Under the pieces are notes generated by a model. That model ran no database searches and had not been told where the DNA came from. It worked only from the letters and a program-made list of their open reading frames with translations. Of a stretch of 11,664 nucleotides of DNA, positions 6,618-11,664 are shown piece by piece; positions within the stretch are counted from its first letter, which is position 1, and every line of letters begins with the position of its first letter. The stretch comes from an uncultured Thermoproteales archaeon (GTDB lineage: Archaea; Thermoproteota; Thermoprotei; Thermofilales; CAYSTQ01), in the NCBI GenBank assembly GCA_964497915.1, contig CAZCFI010000059.1:1-11664 (forward strand), read 5' to 3'. A program made the position numbers and the translations under genes.

Positions 6618-7327
6618 TATCGCTTCACCACTCCTAGGGCGAGATTGTACAGTTCCCTAATTAAGGTTTCCTCCTGGAAGCGCGAGACGCCAGCCCTCGT
6701 CAGCTGAGCGTGGAAGACGGGGGACGTGGACAGCACGCTCACCCTGAACCCCTCCGCCTCCCTCAGCCTCTCCCTGTAGGCGCTGCCCTCGCCCTCAGTG
6801 ACTCCGAGCACCTTCACGCTGGCAGCGACCCTCCCCCCTCCCCTCCTGTCGACTCGCACCTCGACTACCAGCAGCTTGCCGTCCACGCGCTCGCTCCTCC
6901 TGGCCACAAGCTCCGCGTCGGTCGCGTGGATCAGCCAGCCGTCGGCCACGAGCCCCTCCTCCGCGCTCCTCCTCGAGGCCCCGCCGAGGGCGGCCTCGAC
7001 GCTTGAGACGACGGCCTCCTCCAGCTCCCTGAGGGACGAGAACCTGACCTTGTCGGGCCCCTTGGCCCAGAAGTAGACCTTCCCCCCCTCCTCGTCCCTG
7101 TAGTACCACGCCAGGGACCCGCCGAAGAGCGACTCTATGACCTCGGCCTCGCCGGGCCTTAGGGGGGACACGGAGAACATCCTGAGGCACACGCTGGGCG
7201 AGAGGGAGGGGACGACCGCGCACCTGATCACAATCCTGACCCCCCTGCTGGGGAGGCTGACCTCCTTAACTAGGTACTCGCCCCTCTCGTCCCTCCTCTC
7301 TACCGTCCATCCCCCCTCCCCCTGCAT
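6617..7327 (-). CDS. hypothetical protein, possibly two tandem copies of one domain
   Basis: 236-codon ORF with an ATG start at 7327 and a TATA-like box 27 nt upstream. Codon bias is consistent with coding. It is coupled to the downstream DHH gene. No motif recognised. Confidence 0.7.
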   Translation of the reverse strand: MQGEGGWTVERRDERGEYLVKEVSLPSRGVRIVIRCAVVPSLSPSVCLRMFSVSPLRPGEAEVIESLFGGSLAWYYRDEEGGKVYFWAKGPDKVRFSSLRELEEAVVSSVEAALGGASRRSAEEGLVADGWLIHATDAELVARRSERVDGKLLVVEVRVDRRGGGRVAASVKVLGVTEGEGSAYRERLREAEGFRVSVLSTSPVFHAQLTRAGVSRFQEETLIRELYNLALGVVKR

Positions 7328-7353
7328 GCTCTCGTTAATAGTGCCCGCACGAG

Positions 7354-7362
7354 TTAATTAAA
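7354..7362 (-). promoter_or_regulatory. TATA-box-like element for the 7327 operon
   Basis: TTTAATTAA on the minus strand, with its proximal edge 27 nt upstream of ATG 7327. This implies a leaderless or near-leaderless transcript. Confidence 0.45.
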
Positions 7363-7391
7363 CTGTCAGTCAGCGCCGCTCCAGACAAAAA

Positions 7392-7399
7392 CTATATAG
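7392..7399 (+). promoter_or_regulatory. TATA-box-like element for the RHH/ASCH operon
   Basis: CTATATAG is preceded by the A-rich ACAAAAA (BRE-like). Its centre is ~26 nt upstream of 7422, so the transcription start is expected near 7422. Confidence 0.45.
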
Positions 7400-7436
7400 A
7401 GGTGCCGCGCGGGGGGTTAGATTGAGCGCGCGGACG

Positions 7437-7967
7437 ATGAGCGAGGCTGTCATCAGGGTCAGGGACAGGGAGCTAGTGGAAGTGGTGAGGAGGGTCGCTG
7501 AGCAAATGGGCCTGACCCCCGAGGACGTCGTGGCCCTAGCCGTCAGGGCGTTCATCGCCGAGGCTGAGGCCGAGGCCCTGGAGAGGAGGTACTACGAGCT
7601 GCTCGAGAGGGTCGAGAGGATGAGCATGTCGCCCACGTCTTACAGCTCCATCGCGGTGCAGGAGTGCCTCAGGCGGCTCAGCGAGCTCAAGCGCGTGCTG
7701 GAGGAGCGCAAGCGAGCCCTCAGGGGGGCCACCGTAATCGAGAGGCTTGGGGAGGTCACCTTGAGCGCTAGGGAGCTGGAGAGGATGGGCAAGGTGGTGA
7801 TACGGGGGTGCGGGGTGGTGACGTTCGAGGGCGACGTGACGCCGGAGCTGATCGAGGAGCGGGTTGTCGCCGTGGTGGGGGTCGGGGTCGTCAGGGCGCC
7901 GCGCCGCGCGTACCACGCCCTGCTACCTAAGTGCAAGCTCTGCGGGCGCGTGGAGGTGCGCGAGTGA
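7437..7967 (+). CDS. ribbon-helix-helix (CopG/Arc/MetJ-like) DNA-binding protein with an uncharacterised C-terminal extension
   Basis: The N-terminus MSEAVIRVRD-RELVEVVRRVAEQMG-LTPEDVVALAVRAFI matches the strand-helix-turn-helix order of RHH. The ORF opens at TTG 7422, but ATG 7437 is the more likely start. After the RHH come a coiled-coil-like stretch and a V/G-rich C-terminal domain. Confidence 0.7.
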   Translation: MSEAVIRVRDRELVEVVRRVAEQMGLTPEDVVALAVRAFIAEAEAEALERRYYELLERVERMSMSPTSYSSIAVQECLRRLSELKRVLEERKRALRGATVIERLGEVTLSARELERMGKVVIRGCGVVTFEGDVTPELIEERVVAVVGVGVVRAPRRAYHALLPKCKLCGRVEVRE

Positions 7968-8533
7968 TGCGCAGGGTCAGGAGGGTCGCGGTGAGCTACC
8001 TGTCCTTCAAGGGCGAGTACGTCGACAAGATACTCAGGGGCGTCAAGAGGGCCACGGTGAGGCTCGGGATAGTCACTCCGAGGAGGAGGGAGCTGGTGAT
8101 ATACGGGGACGGCAGGGCTGTGGGGAAGGTGGCCGTCGAGTCCGTGAAGTACGTCAGGGTCAGGGAGCTCACGGACAGGGACGCGCTCCTCGACGGGTTC
8201 AGCAGCAGGAGGGAGCTCCTCAGCGCCCTGGAGAGGCACTACCCCGGGATCTCCCCGGACGACTGGGTGACGGTGATAAGGTTCAGGCTCCTCAGGAGCT
8301 TCAGGAGGGCTGAGGAGCGCGGGGCTGACGTGAGGGAGGTGGCGAAGCTAGCTCTGGCGCACGGCGTCGTCAGCGACAGGGAGGGGGTGAGGATAATGAC
8401 GGCGGTGATGACGGCTGGGAACGTAGACGGGGCCTACGAGCTGCTGCGCGGGAGGTACCCGCTAAGGCGGATAAGGGAGCTCGTGGCGAGGGCTGAGAGG
8501 GAGCTGAGGAGCAGGGGGCTCCTGAGGGGCTAG
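7967..8533 (+). CDS. ASCH-domain (PUA-like fold) protein with a helical C-terminal extension
   Basis: ATG 7967-7969 shares its A with the TGA stop (7965-7967) of the RHH gene. ASCH pattern: LSFKGEYVDKILRGVKRATVR ... DALLDGFSSRRELLSALERHYPG. The GTG at 7931 offered by the ORF track would overlap the RHH gene by 37 nt and adds only an R/A-rich peptide. Confidence 0.75.
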   Translation: MRRVRRVAVSYLSFKGEYVDKILRGVKRATVRLGIVTPRRRELVIYGDGRAVGKVAVESVKYVRVRELTDRDALLDGFSSRRELLSALERHYPGISPDDWVTVIRFRLLRSFRRAEERGADVREVAKLALAHGVVSDREGVRIMTAVMTAGNVDGAYELLRGRYPLRRIRELVARAERELRSRGLLRG

Positions 8534-8805
8534 AGCTCGAGGCCGAACGCCTCCGCGAACCTGCGCACCCTCTCGTACTCCAGGAGGAACCTGACGCCCC
8601 TCTCGGTTAGCCCGTAGACCACGTGCTCGCCCTCCACTCTCCTCACGACGAGCCCCTTCTCCTCGAGCTCGGCTAAGTACCTCTTGAGCCTGTCGTGGGA
8701 GAGGTTGGCGTCCCGCAGGATGTGCGTCACCCTAGCCCTGCCCCTCCTCTGGATCGCCCTCAGTATGTCGGCCATTATCTGGATCCTAGACCTGTACCTC
8801 TTCAA
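8530..8805 (-). CDS. small winged-HTH transcriptional regulator (archaeal HTH_45/ArnR-N-terminal-like family)
   Basis: 91 aa. KRYRSRIQIMADILRAIQRRGRARVTHILRDANLSHDRLKRYLAELEEKGLVVRR..VYGLTERG fits the helix-turn-helix-plus-wing pattern typical of these small archaeal regulators. TTG start at 8805 overlaps the TGA stop of the upstream membrane-protein gene (TTGA). Confidence 0.8.
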   Translation of the reverse strand: MKRYRSRIQIMADILRAIQRRGRARVTHILRDANLSHDRLKRYLAELEEKGLVVRRVEGEHVVYGLTERGVRFLLEYERVRRFAEAFGLEL

Positions 8806-9389
8806 GCCGCCCTCACCTGCAGCAGCGTGACCAGCATCAGGGCGAAGCTAGCGACCTGGGCCGCGTAGGAGAGGACCAGCAGGGGGAGGCTCAGCGCCAC
8901 GCGACTGGCCAGCGATAGGCCGTGACTGGCGGCCAGCAGCAGGAACGCCAGCAGCACGACTAGGGTCAGCTTGCTCCTACTCCTGGCGAACGACATGGCC
9001 ACGTGGAATATTATGTAGGCCAGCAGGAATATGGACACCGTGTCGAGGGCGGGGCTTGACGGTAGCAGCCCGAGAACGCTAGCCACGAACGCGCCTCTGC
9101 GGCTAACGGCTTGCGTGGTGTAGGCGGCGGCTAGCATGACGTAGGAGACCAGCCTGGACACGGCCTGGATCATCACGCACGTGACCACTACCTGCGCAAG
9201 CCTCCTGCTCATTAGCAGCAGCGACGCCCCGCGCATGAGGAGGCCTAGGCCCATCAGCAGGAAGCCTAGCTCCACGAGCAGGAACCTCTTGTCCCTAGCC
9301 GCGACGTAGCACTGGTACGCTGACACACTCACGGCGAGCGCAACCACGCCCGAGGCGATGTCGGCAGCGCCCAGGCAGCGGTACAGCAT
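8802..9389 (-). CDS. polytopic integral membrane protein (about 6 TM segments), unknown function
   Basis: 195 aa, almost entirely hydrophobic stretches of 20-25 residues separated by short R/K/S loops. ATG at 9389 with a TATA-like box 30 nt upstream. Confidence 0.75.
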   Translation of the reverse strand: MLYRCLGAADIASGVVALAVSVSAYQCYVAARDKRFLLVELGFLLMGLGLLMRGASLLLMSRRLAQVVVTCVMIQAVSRLVSYVMLAAAYTTQAVSRRGAFVASVLGLLPSSPALDTVSIFLLAYIIFHVAMSFARSRSKLTLVVLLAFLLLAASHGLSLASRVALSLPLLVLSYAAQVASFALMLVTLLQVRAA

Positions 9390-9418
9390 GGCCCCACCTC
9401 TTGAGATTGGCCCGTGGA

Positions 9419-9426
9419 ATATATAA
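9419..9426 (-). promoter_or_regulatory. TATA-box-like element for the membrane-protein/wHTH operon
   Basis: ATATATAA (TTATATAT on the minus strand), with its proximal edge 30 nt upstream of ATG 9389. It could also fire rightward and give the C-N hydrolase a ~33-nt structured leader. Confidence 0.5.
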
Positions 9427-9438
9427 GGTGAGTGGCTC

Positions 9439-9471
9439 GGGGCTGCGCCACCCTTTTATGGCCGCAGCCCC
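9439..9471 (+). promoter_or_regulatory. perfect 9-bp inverted repeat bracketing a TATA-like TTTTAT upstream of the C-N hydrolase gene (candidate operator or leader hairpin)
   Basis: GGGGCTGCG (9439-9447) and CGCAGCCCC (9463-9471) are exact reverse complements separated by 15 nt. The spacer contains TTTTAT (9454-9459), centred ~26 nt upstream of ATG 9483. Confidence 0.4.
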
Positions 9472-9482
9472 AACGCTCCAGC

Positions 9483-10406
9483 ATGGCGAGGGTGGCGTGC
9501 CTGGCGTCCGTGTCGCTCCTCAGCAGGGGCAGGGGGAGCCCAAGGGAGGTCTTCGACCAGAACGTGAGCGCGGCCCACAAGCTAGCTGGCGAGGCGGCGC
9601 TGGACGAGCCCGACGTCATATGTCTACCTGAGGCGTTCCCAACTGCAGGCCTGCCGCTCAGGGAGGCGGTCAAGCTAGCTGAGCCCATCCCAAATCCAGT
9701 GATCGAGGCCTTCGGAAGGCTGGCAGAGGAGCACTGGACTTACGTGGTGTGCCCCATGCTGACCGCCGAGGGTAGGTCCGTCTACAACTCCGCCGTGCTG
9801 ATCGGGCGCGACGGCGGCGTGGTGGGGGTCTACCACAAGGTCCACCCGACGATCGGCGAGATCGAGGCTGGCGTGAGGCCGGGCGACGCCCCGGTCACCT
9901 TCGAGACAGACCTGGGCAGGGTGGGGGTGGCGATATGCTTTGACCTCAACTTCGACGACGTGTTCGAGGCCTACAGGAGGGAGAGGGTCAAGGTGGTGTT
10001 CTTCCCGTCGGCCTACCCAGGCGGGCTGCAGGTGCTGATGAGGGCGCACCAGTGCGCGTGCTACTTCGTGACGGCGCTGCTGAGGGAGGGGTCCATGATA
10101 GTCGACCCGCTCGGGAGGGTCCTGGCCGTCTCGAGCGACTACAGCCCGGTCATATCCGAGAGGGTCAACCTGGACTTCGAGGTCCTCCACCTCGACTACA
10201 ACGTGGCTAAGGTCAAGCGCGCTAAGGAGAGGTACGGGGCGCGCATCGAGGTGGAGGTCTCCGGGCCTGAGGGCGTGATGATGCTCACCTCGCACTCGGA
10301 CGAGGTCAGCGCGCTCGACGTGGTCAGAGAGTTCGGGATGGAGCTGCGAGACGAGTACTTCGAGCGCTCCAGGGAGGCTAGGGCCTCGGCGCTCAGCAAG
10401 CGATAG
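9483..10406 (+). CDS. carbon-nitrogen hydrolase (nitrilase superfamily amidase)
   Basis: The catalytic Glu-Lys-Cys triad is in the right order and context: ICLPEAFPT, VYHKVHPT, GVAICFDLNF. ATG 9483 gives the family-typical N-terminus MARVACLASV. The GTG at 9432 lies only 6 nt after the TATA box and is unlikely. Confidence 0.85.
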   Translation: MARVACLASVSLLSRGRGSPREVFDQNVSAAHKLAGEAALDEPDVICLPEAFPTAGLPLREAVKLAEPIPNPVIEAFGRLAEEHWTYVVCPMLTAEGRSVYNSAVLIGRDGGVVGVYHKVHPTIGEIEAGVRPGDAPVTFETDLGRVGVAICFDLNFDDVFEAYRRERVKVVFFPSAYPGGLQVLMRAHQCACYFVTALLREGSMIVDPLGRVLAVSSDYSPVISERVNLDFEVLHLDYNVAKVKRAKERYGARIEVEVSGPEGVMMLTSHSDEVSALDVVREFGMELRDEYFERSREARASALSKR

Positions 10407-10439
10407 GTAGCTCTCGGCGCAGCATGGCCCCCGCGGGCC

Positions 10440-10640
10440 CGCGTAGCCGCTAGGAGCTGCCCTACCGTTCTGTCCCGCTAGGGCATTTGGGAATTTTATG
10501 CCCGAGCGGGGCTTCCCAGCTCCACTCCCACCTGGGAGCTTCATGGCCGGGCTTTCGGGGGGAACGGAAGCTCCCCACATACCTCTGGGCTAAATTCCAG
10601 GCCCCAATCACGTCCCTATCAGCCACAAGGCCGCAATCGG
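10440..10640 (-). ncRNA. candidate TnpB omega RNA (right-end RNA) scaffold
   Basis: There is a 12-of-13-bp stem at 10474-10486/10498-10510 with an 11-nt loop, and a perfect 9-bp stem at 10534-10542/10567-10575. Both overlap the last ~40 codons of tnpB, where omega RNAs of this family are encoded. The extent is a guess. Confidence 0.4.
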
Positions 10641-11664
10641 GGCACCTCAAGAGCCTATGCCCATTCAGGCTTAGCTTACCCCCACATATCGGGCATAGGC
10701 TTGAGGTCGCCCTGGGATTAACGTAAGCTACCATGAGCCCCCTCAGCTTAGCCTTATACTCAATTATGGCCTGGAGCTGGCGAAAGCTCCACCTGTGGAG
10801 CCGTCCGTTCATTTCACGCCCATACCGGATATGGCTCCTGATGTCCTTTAGGTCCTCAAGGACTATAACGCTCACGTCCTCAGCCTCGGCCAGCCCCAGG
10901 ACCTCATTAGCTAGCTTGTGATAAAGGTCCCTAACCCTATTCCTCTCACGGCCACGATACTTGGCTAAAAGCCTAGCTCTGGCCTTTCCCCTGACGGACG
11001 CCTGAATTTTCCGCCTCTTGAGGAAGTAAGCCACTCTTATCGGCCTTTCGCCCGTCCTCACCTGCCTGAAGCCGCTAGGGCTGGCTACCGTGATATTGTT
11101 CTCATTAACGTCTATGGCTAGGACACGCCCGTTAGGCTCCCTAAGCTCAACCTCGGTCCTAAAGACGACCTTAAGCCATAGCTCGCGGCCACGCCTGACA
11201 AGCCACGCCTGTCCTGGTCTCATGGCCTTAAACTTCTCATGGTATTGGCCGTGAAGTAAGCGGAATTTAACCCGTCCTCTGGGCGTGGCTATCGAGGCCG
11301 TCCAGCTTTCAAGGTCCAGGCTAAAGAGGTGGTCGTCAAGCATTATAGTGTCCTTATTGAAGCTGGGCTTATCGGCCTTAACACGGCCACGCCTCTTGAG
11401 TTTCCTAAAGGCCTTATGGATGGCACAGGCCATTTGACAGGCCGTGTAGATGTAATGGCTTGGAAGCTCGGGCCACCTAGCCCTAAACTCACGGTATTTC
11501 TCGGCCTTGAGACGCTTAAAGCTCGTTATGCCTCTAGCGTGAGCATAGGCCAGAAGCTCGTTGAGCATGCCCCGGTAGGTAGAGAATAAGGGCTCTATGA
11601 GGGAGCTCGGTCCATCTAACTTGAAGTTTGCCGTGAGTTTAATCGTCTCTGAGTGCCCGCTCAA
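10462..11664 (-). CDS. tnpB: TnpB (IS200/IS605-family OrfB, IS1341-type) RNA-guided endonuclease; 5' end runs off the window
   Basis: RuvC-I D is in LAIDVNENN, RuvC-II E is in VIVLEDLKD, the zinc ribbon is CPICGG..(11)..CPDCG, and RuvC-III D is in ADRDVIGAWNLA. No stop across 400 codons. The ORF reaches position 11664, so the TTG 'start' there is a window artefact. Confidence 0.9.
   Translation of the reverse strand: MSGHSETIKLTANFKLDGPSSLIEPLFSTYRGMLNELLAYAHARGITSFKRLKAEKYREFRARWPELPSHYIYTACQMACAIHKAFRKLKRRGRVKADKPSFNKDTIMLDDHLFSLDLESWTASIATPRGRVKFRLLHGQYHEKFKAMRPGQAWLVRRGRELWLKVVFRTEVELREPNGRVLAIDVNENNITVASPSGFRQVRTGERPIRVAYFLKRRKIQASVRGKARARLLAKYRGRERNRVRDLYHKLANEVLGLAEAEDVSVIVLEDLKDIRSHIRYGREMNGRLHRWSFRQLQAIIEYKAKLRGLMVAYVNPRATSSLCPICGGKLSLNGHRLLRCPDCGLVADRDVIGAWNLAQRYVGSFRSPRKPGHEAPRWEWSWEAPLGHKIPKCPSGTER

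Larger units (their letters stand above)
10440..11664 (-). mobile_element. partial IS200/IS605-family (tnpB-bearing) insertion element; right end near 10440-10470, left end outside the window
   Basis: From about 10462 rightward the sequence is visibly lower in G+C and uses many more A/T-ending codons (tta, aaa, ttt, aat, cgt, ata) than every other gene here. It carries tnpB and has subterminal hairpins at its 3' end. Exact boundaries are not determinable from one copy. Confidence 0.65.

Noticed and set aside
5667-6707. Plus-strand ORFs opposite the second DHH gene (5667-5948, 5674-5913, 5917-6261, 6255-6707, 6265-6450)
   Set aside because: They are antisense to a CDS with complete DHH/DHHA1 motifs, and their translations are S/L/T- or P/G/H-rich low complexity.
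7536-8313. ORFs 7536-7916 (-), 7640-8239 (-) and 7864-8313 (+) overlapping the RHH and ASCH genes
   Set aside because: These are off-frame or antisense shadows with P/R/G/H-rich composition. The annotated frames carry the RHH and ASCH patterns and the coupled stop/start.
9432-9482. GTG 9432 as the start of the C-N hydrolase (ORF-track start)
   Set aside because: It lies only 6 nt downstream of the TATA-like box and would add a non-conserved-looking 17-aa peptide. ATG 9483 gives the family-typical N-terminus and correct promoter spacing.
10432-10443. 12-nt perfect palindrome CGCGGGCCCGCG between the hydrolase stop and the tnpB stop
   Set aside because: It has no loop, so it cannot form a meaningful hairpin. 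Composed only of G and C, such palindromes are frequent by chance here. It could be part of the IS target or guide region, but I cannot support that.
9675-10580. 301-aa minus-strand ORF opposite the C-N hydrolase, running into the tnpB tail
   Set aside because: It is a shadow ORF: H/R/P/G/D-rich with no domain. It lies fully antisense to a gene with a clear catalytic triad and starts inside tnpB in another frame. Long stop-free antisense frames are expected at this G+C content.
11662-11664. TTG at the window edge listed as the tnpB start
   Set aside because: The ORF is open to the last base of the window, so the real start may lie beyond 11664. The apparent start is an artefact of truncation.
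1-11664. Scan for CRISPR arrays, tandem repeats, rRNA/tRNA genes, reverse transcriptases, inteins or frameshifted genes
   Set aside because: No regularly spaced direct repeats, no stable-RNA signatures and no interrupted reading frames were seen. All long ORFs with recognisable motifs are intact.

Overview
This is a gene-dense (roughly 90% coding), very G+C-rich archaeal chromosome segment. The proteins are rich in R/E/L/V/A/G. Isolated A/T-rich TATA-like boxes are centred ~25-40 nt upstream of several start codons, consistent with leaderless or short-leader promoters. Neighbouring genes overlap by 1-4 nt, and there is one box C/D sRNA candidate. Together this looks like a hyperthermophilic, probably crenarchaeal genome, but the taxon is an inference. 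I support twelve CDSs: (1) an ArsR-wHTH/GNAT-like fusion; (2) an orphan 282-aa protein; (3) an XPD/Rad3 Fe-S helicase; (4) a DHH/DHHA1 phosphoesterase co-oriented with (5) rpiA; (6) a second DHH/DHHA1 paralogue coupled to (7) an orphan 236-aa protein; (8) a ribbon-helix-helix protein translationally coupled to (9) an ASCH-domain protein; (10) a polytopic membrane protein coupled to (11) a small wHTH regulator; and (12) a nitrilase-superfamily C-N hydrolase. A thirteenth CDS sits at the right edge: a compositionally distinct tnpB (IS200/IS605-family OrfB, lower G+C, A/T-ending codons) that runs off the window. I saw no rRNA, tRNA or CRISPR array. No clearly new system stands out. The best leads are: (i) an intact tnpB whose 3' tail is densely self-complementary, a candidate omega RNA and right end; (ii) the RHH-ASCH two-gene cassette; (iii) the membrane-protein/wHTH operon divergent from the C-N hydrolase, whose TATA-like box is bracketed by a perfect 9-bp inverted repeat; and (iv) two DHH paralogues bracketing rpiA, one sharing a single palindromic TATA with XPD. 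All functional calls come from motif recognition by eye. No database search or folding computation was run.
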